A stretch of 64,000 nt of DNA. Origin: Armatimonadota bacterium. Lineage in GTDB: Bacteria > Armatimonadota > UBA5829 > DTLH01. Positions 1 through 8,652 of the stretch are shown here, one piece after another (position 1 is the first letter of the stretch; each line of letters begins with the position of its first letter). Position numbers and translations under genes: made by a program. Location: positions 96,001-160,000 of the forward strand of contig JBDKUN010000059.1 of the NCBI GenBank assembly GCA_039679675.1, in the 5' to 3' direction. A model generated the notes under the pieces. It was given only the letters and a program-made list of their open reading frames with translations, was not told the origin of the DNA and ran no database searches.

Positions 1-2
1 CA

Positions 3-1148
3 CCTGTTGCGCCGGGGTACCGTGAAGTAAGCGATGCGCTCGCAGGAAGCATAGAGATGGCACTGAAAGGCCAGCAGACACCTAAAGCAGCGCTTGATAA
101 CGCTGCTGAAAAGGGCAGCAAAATACTGTACGAAGCGAACGAGGACCCTAACCTGCATCCCAAAATCCCGTGGAAGGCTACAGCTATCATCTCAGGGTTG
201 GTGCTTCTGCTCGCAATAGCCGCTGTATGCTGCTATACAGCCAGAGAGACACGTCACAGCCGCGCTGCAAGGCGTGAAGCGATGAACTTCTACCTGTTCC
301 TAAGTCCATGGCTGATCGGGTTCATTGTGCTCACATTCGGCTCTATTGCCGCATCATTGGTGTTCAGTTTTTCAAAATGGGACACCCTAAGCCCAGCCAG
401 GTTTATCGGTCTGGATAATTTCATCAACCTGTTTACGAACGACCCCAGGTTCATGAAAGCGCTCGGCAACACGCTTTATTATGCCGCGTTCAGCATACCG
501 CTTGCGATGATCGGAGGGCTCGCTATCTCAGTCCTGATGAACCAGAAACTCCGGGGGATAAGCATTTTCAGGACGATCTATTACCTGCCTGCGGTTGTTT
601 CCGGAGTTGCGACAGCGATCCTCTGGCAGTGGATTTTCAACCCGGGCACAGGGATCTTGAACAAGCTCCTGGCGCTCGTGATGAAGACCCCACCCGGCTG
701 GCTTATCGACCCGGACTGGTCGAAGCCTGCATTCATCATCATGGGGCTCTGGGCTATCGGCGGGACGATGATTATTTACCTCGCAGGGCTTCAGGGAATA
801 CCAGGAGAGCTTTATGAAGCGTCCAGGATCGACGGCGCATCGGCCTGGCAGCGGTTCAGGAATGTAACACTGCCGCTCCTTACGCCGACGATCTTTTATC
901 AGCTCATAGTCGGTACAATGGCTGCGTTCCAGTTCTTCCTGCCTGCATACATTATGACGGACGGCGGACCTCAGGACTCGACGCTCTTCTATTCGCTGTA
1001 TCTGTTCAGAAACGGCTTCGAATGGATGAAGATTGGCTATGCCTCGGCTATGGCGTGGGTGCTGCTTGCAATCGTAATGGTCATCACTATAATCCAGTTC
1101 AAATTCGCAAACAGGTGGGTGTATTACGAGGGGGAAAAAGAGAGTTGA
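3..1148 (+). CDS. Carbohydrate ABC transporter: solute-binding protein C-terminus fused to permease (5'-partial)
   Basis: Frame is open from position 3 (PVAPGYREVSDALAGSIEMALKGQQTPKAALD, typical SBP C-terminal helix) into a MalF/UgpA-type permease with EAA loop (LYEASRIDGASAWQRF). Confidence 0.85.
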   Translation, partial: PVAPGYREVSDALAGSIEMALKGQQTPKAALDNAAEKGSKILYEANEDPNLHPKIPWKATAIISGLVLLLAIAAVCCYTARETRHSRAARREAMNFYLFLSPWLIGFIVLTFGSIAASLVFSFSKWDTLSPARFIGLDNFINLFTNDPRFMKALGNTLYYAAFSIPLAMIGGLAISVLMNQKLRGISIFRTIYYLPAVVSGVATAILWQWIFNPGTGILNKLLALVMKTPPGWLIDPDWSKPAFIIMGLWAIGGTMIIYLAGLQGIPGELYEASRIDGASAWQRFRNVTLPLLTPTIFYQLIVGTMAAFQFFLPAYIMTDGGPQDSTLFYSLYLFRNGFEWMKIGYASAMAWVLLAIVMVITIIQFKFANRWVYYEGEKES

Positions 1149-1159
1149 TATACAATAAC

Positions 1160-1254
1160 GTCATGCTGAACTTGATTCAGCATCCATTTCTCCTATGTCA
1201 CTCTTGATTCAGGGTCCATCCCTTTCCTGGATTCCGAGTCAAGCTCGGAATGAC
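1160..1254. repeat. Palindromic doublet repeat family A, copy 1
   Basis: GTCATGCTGAACTTGATTCAGCATCC ... GGATTCCGAGTCAAGCTCGGAATGAC; homologous copy at 19772-19834. Confidence 0.85.
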
Positions 1255-1320
1255 GTTGTGGCGGTTCGGAATGATGTTGTAGTAGTTCGAAATGATGATT
1301 TATCTGAGCTTGAGTTGATG

Positions 1321-1349
1321 TTGACTTGGGTCATGCCCGGTGGTATAAT
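1321..1349 (+). promoter_or_regulatory. Sigma70 promoter of tRNA-Ala
   Basis: TTGACT-N17-TATAAT with TGn extension. Confidence 0.85.
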
Positions 1350-1361
1350 ATCGATGCTTTT

Positions 1362-1437
1362 GGGGCAGTGGCTCAGCTGGGAGAGCGCCTCCCTCGCACG
1401 GAGGAGGTCGGGAGTTCGAATCTCCTCTGCTCCACCA
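1362..1437 (+). tRNA. tRNA-Ala (anticodon CGC)
   Basis: GGGGCAG acceptor stem with G3:U70, anticodon loop CT-CGC-AC, GTTCGAAT T-loop, encoded CCA. Confidence 0.97.
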
Positions 1438-1443
1438 AATAAC

Positions 1444-1485
1444 AACCGGAAGACTATCTATTGTGTGTGGTTTTCCGGTTTTTTT
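1444..1485 (+). terminator. Rho-independent terminator after tRNA-Ala
   Basis: AACCGGAAGAC...GTTTTCCGGTT followed by a T run. Confidence 0.7.
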
Positions 1486-1503
1486 GTATTTATGGGATGA
1501 GCT

Positions 1504-3243
1504 ATGACCGACAATGAAATCCGTGACAAGATGAAAGACCTGCCCGATCTGCCCGGGCTTGAAACCATCGAGCCCAGAGACACCTCGATAGTCATTATCT
1601 TCATGCTTCTGGTCTTTATGGCTGTTATGCTGACGCCTATTGTCTCAGTAGCAATCCGCTACGGCAAGTTCATAGACCAGCGCGGTAAAGTGCTTATTAT
1701 TATCTGTGTTGCGCTTTTAGTGTGGGCTATACTCAGGCTTCTGTCAGGTTATTATCGGTTCAAGACTGATGCGAATGGCCTCACGATGATCGGCGTGCTG
1801 CACAGAAGGTTCATCCCGTGGATCAACGTGAAAGAAGCACTTATTACGAAAACGAAAATCAGCAATTATAGCCTGGTCCTCAAGACACAGCACGGCACTG
1901 TGAAGTTCGAACCAAGAAACTGGGGACTGATAGCATCCACTTGGCAGCATTTAGGGCGCCTTGGACGAGCTGACAGCATGGTCTTACCGCCGCAAGCGCT
2001 TGCTTTCTGGGAACCGGTGCCGGACGATGTGCCGCAAGAGCTCGACTGGTCGAAGAAAAGCGCTGCTGGGGATATAATTTCCGCTTCAGTAGTCGTTCTA
2101 TTCTTCGGTGGCATAGCCATATATTTGTGGTTTTCGGTTAAGACACTGTGGTCTCCTATGGGACTTCTAATAATCTGGCTGACAATATCAATGTTTATAA
2201 TGCTGAAATGGCTGCTGCTTCCAGAGGCTTTACACAAACCCTGGCGCATCAGAGTGCGGGAAGACTATATCGAAGCAAACCTGCCTTTTTCCAAAGCCTA
2301 CATCCCATGGTCAGAGATAACATCTGCACATTTCGCTAACAATAATAGCAGCGAGTTAATAATCAAATACGGCAGACGGAAATCAGAAATACGGATTTTC
2401 TATATGCAGGGCAAGAAGGAACTGGAAGACCTTGTACTGGCAATCATCCGTAAACTTCGTGCTTCGAGCGGAGTCGCAATAGAAATGCCGGAGTTCTACT
2501 CAAGAAATCCCGAAGCACTGTACAAACCGGCATACTCGTCTCAAGAATGTCAGCGGAAGGTACGAGCTTTTCTGAATACCCTCGACCCGCCTGTCAGGAA
2601 GAAGGTTTCGAACCTTTACTATGCTCAGTATCTCTCCATCTTTTTGGGATGCGCTGCTGCCTTCGCTGTAATGTTCGGTTCACCATTCGAACGTATTTCG
2701 CGTAGATTGCACAGCACGCCGAATATGCAGTTTTTCTTCACTGGCGTAGACATGTGGCTTTTTCTCGCTACGGGCGTTGTATTTGGTACTGTTGTCATTG
2801 CTATTATTAATCGAACCGGAATCAAAATGCCCAGTCCTTATCGTGAAGCCTGGATAGAATTACGAAAGGTTCAGTCTCAAGGAAAACTCGACACAATAGC
2901 AATTAAAATCTTTCTGATTATTGCAGCAGTGTCACTCCTTGCCAGCGTCCCAGCTTTCGACTCTTACACCCGCATCACCGATAAGGGCATAACCACGAAT
3001 GGCTTCTGGAGTTTCGGACACGAGGATTTTCACTCTTGGAACCATGTCAAACGGGTAATCGTCCACGAAACCCTTACTTCGAAGTGCGACAATATAACTT
3101 ACGAAGTGATCTTTACCGACGGCAAGCGTTGGAAAGCCGATCAGGGGAATTTAGGCCTATTGTGCAGCAAAGATCTCGACAACGCTATCAATTATATCGC
3201 CGAAAAGTCAGGCAAATATATGGAGTATCCGCAGCAACCCTAA
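1504..3243 (+). CDS. Hypothetical membrane protein with repeated TM-pair + bacterial PH-like modules
   Basis: Three units of hydrophobic helices followed by FIPWINVK / YIPWSEIT / FHSWNHVK motifs. Confidence 0.65.
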   Translation: MTDNEIRDKMKDLPDLPGLETIEPRDTSIVIIFMLLVFMAVMLTPIVSVAIRYGKFIDQRGKVLIIICVALLVWAILRLLSGYYRFKTDANGLTMIGVLHRRFIPWINVKEALITKTKISNYSLVLKTQHGTVKFEPRNWGLIASTWQHLGRLGRADSMVLPPQALAFWEPVPDDVPQELDWSKKSAAGDIISASVVVLFFGGIAIYLWFSVKTLWSPMGLLIIWLTISMFIMLKWLLLPEALHKPWRIRVREDYIEANLPFSKAYIPWSEITSAHFANNNSSELIIKYGRRKSEIRIFYMQGKKELEDLVLAIIRKLRASSGVAIEMPEFYSRNPEALYKPAYSSQECQRKVRAFLNTLDPPVRKKVSNLYYAQYLSIFLGCAAAFAVMFGSPFERISRRLHSTPNMQFFFTGVDMWLFLATGVVFGTVVIAIINRTGIKMPSPYREAWIELRKVQSQGKLDTIAIKIFLIIAAVSLLASVPAFDSYTRITDKGITTNGFWSFGHEDFHSWNHVKRVIVHETLTSKCDNITYEVIFTDGKRWKADQGNLGLLCSKDLDNAINYIAEKSGKYMEYPQQP

Positions 3244-3345
3244 CGTCGGCTCATGTCCTTTGTGTAGTTGCATCCGTCGAACGCATCTGAATGGCTATAT
3301 GGAACGATTGCAACAGCGGTACCAGGAAAACGACAGTATTTCCCC

Positions 3346-3466
3346 GTTGCATCGGACTGCTTGCTGCCGATGCAGGGCTGACAGACCCGGAAAACAGTGG
3401 AAAAGTCAGACGCATGTGCCTCGACACCTCCGGCGTCGGCTTCGGTAGCAAGCGAACCGAAGCAAC
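3346..3466. repeat. REP-like doublet family B, copy 1
   Basis: GTTGCATCGGACTGCTTGCTGCCGATGC ... GCTTCGGTAGCAAGCGAACCGAAGCAAC; inverted homolog at 20994-21092. Confidence 0.9.
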
Positions 3467-3557
3467 AAATGCCGTCACTTTTTGCAGGGTGAACACTCCC
3501 CCACAACTTCGCCAAATGCGACATGAAATGCCTCCCAAAAACGCTTTTCCGTATCTG

Positions 3558-3682
3558 TGTTATAATGAACTGCATTGTTACGTTGTTTGGGCATTGGCCT
3601 GGTTGTTTGCTGAGATCTTCAGTTCGGCTGGCTCACCCGCCTCAGCCTCGGAGACAATATTATACAACCAGGAGACCATGTA
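3558..3682 (+). promoter_or_regulatory. Extended -10 promoter and structured 5' leader of the helicase gene
   Basis: TGnTATAAT at 3558-3566; stem CCTGGTTGT(3598-3606)/ACAACCAGG(3664-3672) overlaps SD AGGAG. Confidence 0.6.
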
Positions 3683-5362
3683 TTGACCTATCAGGAACAA
3701 AAATGCGTTTGCCGCGACTGCGAACAGGAGTTTATCTTCAGCGCAGAGCTTCAGCAACTGTTTGCGGCGAAGCACTACAACCCGCCGACTAGATGCCCGA
3801 AGTGCCACGAAGAGCGAAGCCACCGGCGCAGACACAGCAGGGGCGGCGACAGCAAAATGCACACCGCCAAATGCTCGATTTGCGGCAAGGATGCACAACT
3901 GCCTTTCAAGCCCAACCCAGAAAAGCCCATTTATTGTGAAGAGTGCTTCAAGAGTCAGACGGCTTCAAAGGCTGAGCCTGCAGCGAGGCAGTTCACTCTT
4001 CGGAAGCAGGAGAAAAACCAGCAGCATGTTGACGAATCTGCCAATGAGATAACATTCGCCAAGTTTAAGCTGGATCAGAGGCTTCATCGTGCAATCGAGG
4101 AGGCTGGATATGAGACTCCCACCCCCGTTCAGGCTGCTGCAATTCCATTAGCACTCAAGGGACGCGACCTTATCGGCACAGCCCAGACCGGAACCGGCAA
4201 AACCGCTGCGTTTGTGCTGCCGATACTCCAGTATCTGCTTGCCAACCCAACTAAAAAGCGCTGCACCAGAGCGATTGTGCTCACACCGACCATGGAGCTT
4301 GCAGAGCAGATCAATAATGCGTTCAAACAGCTGGGCAAGTTCACCAAGATCAAATCCGCGACCGTTTACGGTGGTGTTGGAATGAAACCTCAGGAGCAGG
4401 CGCTCCGAGGTGGAGTTGATGTGATTGTTGCCTGCCCCGGCAGGCTGCTCGACCACATGGACCGAGGCAACACAGACTTCTCTCATGTAGCTAAGCTTGT
4501 TCTGGATGAGGCTGACCGGATGCTGGACATGGGATTCCTGCCTCCGATCAAACGCATACTCGCCAAGTTGCCGGGCGAACGCCACAGCATGCTCTTTTCA
4601 GCCACATTTGCTCAGGAACTGACAGAACTTGCAATGAGCACACTGAAGAACCCTCAGCGTATCGATGTAGGTATGTGCTTGCCGCCAAAGACCATCGCGC
4701 ATTCCCTATATCCATGCCCTTCACACCTGAAAACATCGCTGCTGTTAAAGTTGCTCGAACAAACAGATACAAACTCTGTTCTGATCTTCACCCGCACAAA
4801 GCGCCGAGCGAATAGCCTGGTCCAGAAGATCAAAGAGGCAGGATATGGGACCGCTGTACTACATTCCAATAAGTCGCAGAACCAGAGACAGCTTGCGCTT
4901 GAAGATTTCCGGTTGGGCCGATGCCAGGTATTAGTTGCCACCGATATCGCAGCCCGCGGGCTGGATGTCGCGACCATATCGCATGTCATGAACTACGACA
5001 TCCCCGACACAGCCGACACTTACACCCACCGGATCGGTCGCACGGGTAGGATGGAGCGTGAGGGCGATGCGATTACTTTTGTGACCCCGCTCGACGCTGC
5101 CATTGTCTTCAGCATTGAAAAAGCCCTGGGTGCTCCTATCGAACGGCGCAGGCTGGATGATTTCGACTATAAGGCCCCAGCGCCGCCCAAAGAGCGTGAT
5201 ACGAAGCCGCAGCGCAGGCCGCAAACAGGATTGTCCCAGGCGAGACTACCTTACAAAGCTCGTCCACAAGCTGCTGCAAAGAAGAAAATAGTAAATGCCT
5301 TTAAAGAGCATCGCAATGCCGGCACAAAGCTATCCGAAGGAAAGACTCAGGCAGGCTCCTAG
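3683..5362 (+). CDS. DEAD-box RNA helicase (RhlE-like) with N-terminal zinc-ribbon and CxxC-x17-CxxC domains
   Basis: CRDC..CPKC and CSIC..CEEC; Q motif, AQTGTGKT, DEAD, SAT, HRIGRTGR; TTG start after AGGAG. Confidence 0.92.
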   Translation: MTYQEQKCVCRDCEQEFIFSAELQQLFAAKHYNPPTRCPKCHEERSHRRRHSRGGDSKMHTAKCSICGKDAQLPFKPNPEKPIYCEECFKSQTASKAEPAARQFTLRKQEKNQQHVDESANEITFAKFKLDQRLHRAIEEAGYETPTPVQAAAIPLALKGRDLIGTAQTGTGKTAAFVLPILQYLLANPTKKRCTRAIVLTPTMELAEQINNAFKQLGKFTKIKSATVYGGVGMKPQEQALRGGVDVIVACPGRLLDHMDRGNTDFSHVAKLVLDEADRMLDMGFLPPIKRILAKLPGERHSMLFSATFAQELTELAMSTLKNPQRIDVGMCLPPKTIAHSLYPCPSHLKTSLLLKLLEQTDTNSVLIFTRTKRRANSLVQKIKEAGYGTAVLHSNKSQNQRQLALEDFRLGRCQVLVATDIAARGLDVATISHVMNYDIPDTADTYTHRIGRTGRMEREGDAITFVTPLDAAIVFSIEKALGAPIERRRLDDFDYKAPAPPKERDTKPQRRPQTGLSQARLPYKARPQAAAKKKIVNAFKEHRNAGTKLSEGKTQAGS

Positions 5363-5396
5363 CGCGTCTTTATGCTAAAGTCTGCCGCCGCTCGGT

Positions 5397-6059
5397 CTAC
5401 CGCGCAGCGAAGCACATGTCGTTGACCGTTTCGACTACCGTCCTGTTTTTCGACAGCATCACAGCGTTGATTGCGCAGTTCTTCTGCTCTATCTGTTTGT
5501 ATCTGCCGACCGCTATTCCCATCCAGTGGCAGATCAGCACTCGGTTTACGCTCTTGTGGGCTACAACCGCAATCGTCTGCCCCGGATGCAGCGCGGCAAT
5601 TCTGGCCATTGCAGCCGATGCGCGGTCTCTTAACTCACCAAAGGTCTCTCCGCCCGGTATTCTGATATTTTCCGGGTCAGCAACCCAAGCTCGGAAGAAA
5701 TCCTCGCCGTAAGCCTTCTTTACTTCGTCAATGCCTAGACCTTCCCACTCCCCATAGTTGATTTCCCTGATCCCCGGCTCGATATTTACGCTTAATCCGT
5801 GTGGTTCGGCTATGATCTCTGCGGTACGCCTTGCACGAACGAGGTCGCTCGAATATACGGCGCTTATGGCGGCATTTCCCAGCCGTTTTGCCGCCATTTT
5901 TGCTTCTTTTACACCATGTTCATCTAGAGGCAGGTCAGTCCATCCGGCGTATGCAGATTTTGCGTTCCACTCGACTCTGCCGTGCCTCACGAGAAGAATG
6001 CGGGCAGCTTCACCACTTGCGGGAGCGCTCCAAAACATGGCTGTACTGCTACTCTTCAA
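5397..6059 (-). CDS. Histidine phosphatase / phosphoglycerate mutase family protein
   Basis: LVRHG motif, YSSDLVRA, REINYGEWEG, PGGE. Confidence 0.9.
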   Translation of the reverse strand: MKSSSTAMFWSAPASGEAARILLVRHGRVEWNAKSAYAGWTDLPLDEHGVKEAKMAAKRLGNAAISAVYSSDLVRARRTAEIIAEPHGLSVNIEPGIREINYGEWEGLGIDEVKKAYGEDFFRAWVADPENIRIPGGETFGELRDRASAAMARIAALHPGQTIAVVAHKSVNRVLICHWMGIAVGRYKQIEQKNCAINAVMLSKNRTVVETVNDMCFAAR

Positions 6060-6957
6060 TATCTTCTCCGTCCTCCGGTTTCTGTGGTTCCTCGTTCTTT
6101 GCTTCAGAAGGTTTGATGCTTCCTGCTATCTGTATAACGAGCGCCTTGCTCTCATCAATCGCCTTACCAGATGTATCGATGCAGTTTATCATCCAAAGAT
6201 GCCGCCCCTCTATCATCTGAATGCGGTGAACAACCCTGTTTGCAGAAGGCAGCCCGGCCGTAGTCATAAACGCAGTTCGTCCGCTGATGTTTGTCTGCTG
6301 CCAATCCGCCAGGTAAGGAGTGCTTTTGAGATAACTTTCCGGTGTATGCTCCATTTTGAGCATTCTGTGCCTGATATTGACGACGTATACTGCCTGCGCT
6401 ACCGGGTCCGTCGAGAGGACAAGCCAGTAACCTTCGTCCCAGTCTTTTGAAACACTGATAGACTGGTCTTTTACGGTCCATCCAGCTGGATATACCAGGC
6501 TGACCTTGTGCTCCTTGCTCGAATACTGCGCCATCTGAGGTTTGGCGGCAGCAGCCGGTTCGGCTGAGGGTGTTTTCAATCCGTTGTTTGTGACGACTAG
6601 AGTTACTTTTCCTGTCTCAATTTCCCGGTTATCGGGTCCGAAGGCCTTCCATACCGCACAGTGCTCGCCGTCGGAAGCTCCGATGCTGTCCCATTCGACA
6701 CCGTACGGCCGGTGCTCGCACTTGCCGATCTCTTTATCATCCACATAGAAAATAACCGACGATGGCTGAATTCCTGAAGGAGGAAGTGCGATAAGAGTCA
6801 GTTTACCTGTTACCGGACGTTTCGATGGTTGTGTCCCTCGCGAAATGGTGATTACTCGCTTAGAAGTCCTTTGAGGTGGTGCTGGATTGGATGGCTCCGC
6901 AAAAACAGCCGGTGCGAATGCAAATAATACCGCGATAATTGCCGCAAATCTATACAT
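6049..6957 (-). CDS. Secreted hypothetical protein (Ig-like domain + PsbP-like domain)
   Basis: Signal peptide MYRFAAIIAVLFAFAPAVFA after GGAGG; FYVDDK..PYGVEWDS Ig-like region; LVYPAGW motif. Confidence 0.6.
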   Translation of the reverse strand: MYRFAAIIAVLFAFAPAVFAEPSNPAPPQRTSKRVITISRGTQPSKRPVTGKLTLIALPPSGIQPSSVIFYVDDKEIGKCEHRPYGVEWDSIGASDGEHCAVWKAFGPDNREIETGKVTLVVTNNGLKTPSAEPAAAAKPQMAQYSSKEHKVSLVYPAGWTVKDQSISVSKDWDEGYWLVLSTDPVAQAVYVVNIRHRMLKMEHTPESYLKSTPYLADWQQTNISGRTAFMTTAGLPSANRVVHRIQMIEGRHLWMINCIDTSGKAIDESKALVIQIAGSIKPSEAKNEEPQKPEDGEDIEE

Positions 6958-7021
6958 CAGATATACCTCCGAAGCTCGTGTGCAAGCAGTATTATTGAGA
7001 TTATACCAGATACTAGCCGGA

Positions 7022-7050
7022 TTGACACAAGGAGTTCTAAATGGTACACT
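7022..7050 (+). promoter_or_regulatory. Sigma70 promoter of tRNA-Leu
   Basis: TTGACA-N17-TACACT. Confidence 0.8.
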
Positions 7051-7075
7051 ATTCAGGCATTCACCCACATAAATT

Positions 7076-7159
7076 GGCCGGGTGGCGGAATGGTAGACGC
7101 AGCGGACTTAAAATCCGCCGAGGCAACTCATGAGGGTTCGAGTCCCTCCCCGGCCACCA
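7076..7159 (+). tRNA. tRNA-Leu (anticodon TAA)
   Basis: GGCCGGG/CCCGGCC acceptor stem, GCGGA-CT-TAA-AA-TCCGC anticodon arm, long variable arm, CCA. Confidence 0.97.
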
Positions 7160-7229
7160 TCGTTTTTAAGCTCAAAGGTTATGCGCTTTTTACTAGGTTG
7201 GCAAAACAATCAATCTTACTTTTCAAAAG

Positions 7230-8483
7230 TCAAATATCCATTTGCTGTTGTATTTTAACTAATATCTTTCCAGAAACTGGCTCCAACACATCTCTAGAGA
7301 ATATTGTATATTCCACCTCGAATGAAGATGTCTTTAAATTGTTATCAAATACAATGTATATTGACGGCAGACGAGTTGGTATTCCATGCATTGCTGTGCC
7401 TACACAATAAGAAAAACTCTGTAAGTCATGCTGTTTTGTCTCAGTGTGCCAAACAAAGTTGATATTATTCATCTTAGGAAGCGATCCCTTCAAATGATTA
7501 GGACCCAAGGAAATACCCGGCACAAACACTTCGTTAGGTCTTGGCATTTTGGGAGGTTCGGGTTTTCTAGGTAGATCATAATATAACTTAATGTCTAGTT
7601 CATTTGGGAGGGTTAACTCTATTCGCACATCATCAGCGGTTGCACTACCAGTATTTGTTAATAATAAATTAAGCGTCACCACAGAGCTTTCATATTCAGA
7701 TACTTCATTTAGATATTTCTCGTATGAAGCATAATATTTGCGTACATTCAATTCGTACTGATCATCGGTCATAATTGCTGCTAAACCAGCAGGCATCACT
7801 CCACGCCCAAGTTTGTAGGTGTTCCACTCCCGGTCCAATTCTGTTTCTTTTTCTTGTTTCGAACGGGGTTTGAGGACAAACTCCTTACACTTCTCATCGT
7901 TTTCAAACTTAACTTCGAGCTTGGGCATCCGGTTCTTTAGGAGTGTAATCTCACGCACCAACTCCTCGTTGCGTTTTTCAAGCGGATCTGGATCAGAAGG
8001 TAGTTTATATTTATTATCACCCCATAGTATTAACGGCAATTTTCGCCCCATAGCCTTCACTCGTATTCCGGGATCGGTAGTAAGAATGATAGCTGGACCA
8101 TCGGGATGATTTTCATTCCATTCTATCGCGTGTGCTATTATTCGATCATCTTTTATATCTTTGTCTAATCTATTCAAGTGAAAATCTATTGATGGTTCTG
8201 CATCGAGTATGCAAAGGCTGATGCCTTTTCGAATCACTGTTTTAAGGCTGTCATTAGTAATCTGAGAACTGATCCATTTTATGCAATGATTAGCACGGCT
8301 TCGTAGCTTCCTACTTTGATTTTGAGCATTATGCTTCTCTATCTCCTCGATTACTACTGGAGTTATGAGCAGTTCAACTTTATCTGCTTCCAATTCCTTA
8401 CACCAGTCTATCTCATCTGCTTGCCTGTAATGCATGAGAATATTCGTGTCGAGTATGATTGTTTTTTCTGTTCTATTTCCCAT
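7230..8483 (-). CDS. PIN domain protein (putative ribonuclease)
   Basis: ILDTNILM, VVIEEIE, DDRIIA, LTTDPG acidic tetrad; visibly AT-rich. Confidence 0.8.
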   Translation of the reverse strand: MGNRTEKTIILDTNILMHYRQADEIDWCKELEADKVELLITPVVIEEIEKHNAQNQSRKLRSRANHCIKWISSQITNDSLKTVIRKGISLCILDAEPSIDFHLNRLDKDIKDDRIIAHAIEWNENHPDGPAIILTTDPGIRVKAMGRKLPLILWGDNKYKLPSDPDPLEKRNEELVREITLLKNRMPKLEVKFENDEKCKEFVLKPRSKQEKETELDREWNTYKLGRGVMPAGLAAIMTDDQYELNVRKYYASYEKYLNEVSEYESSVVTLNLLLTNTGSATADDVRIELTLPNELDIKLYYDLPRKPEPPKMPRPNEVFVPGISLGPNHLKGSLPKMNNINFVWHTETKQHDLQSFSYCVGTAMHGIPTRLPSIYIVFDNNLKTSSFEVEYTIFSRDVLEPVSGKILVKIQQQMDI

Positions 8484-8606
8484 TTCAGAACATCCTTATC
8501 TGTTTCAAGCCGTTAGCGTAAAGTAAGATTTCTTTATTTCACAAGCACAACAAAAAGAGATATTCGGTCATAAAGACCTCTCAAAATGCTTTCACTGATA
8601 CACCTC

Positions 8607-8646
8607 AAAAACAAGCCCGTCCGAGTATCTCCCGGACGGGCTTGTT
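8607..8646 (-). terminator. Rho-independent terminator
   Basis: AACAAGCCCGTCCG..CGGACGGGCTTGTT with a T run on the minus strand. Confidence 0.75.
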
Positions 8647-8652
8647 GATTAT

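Noticed and set aside
1245..1300. 21-nt tandem repeats as a possible CRISPR array
   Set aside because: No unique spacers, degenerate, and no cas genes
1195..1500. 101-aa and 68-aa ORFs
   Set aside because: They overlap tRNA-Ala, its promoter and repeat family A
3240..3686. Several short ORFs in the intergenic gap
   Set aside because: No recognisable motifs; region explained by the REP doublet, promoter and leader
7140..8650. Integrative element at tRNA-Leu or tRNA-Ala
   Set aside because: No duplicated tRNA 3' end (att site) and no integrase seen
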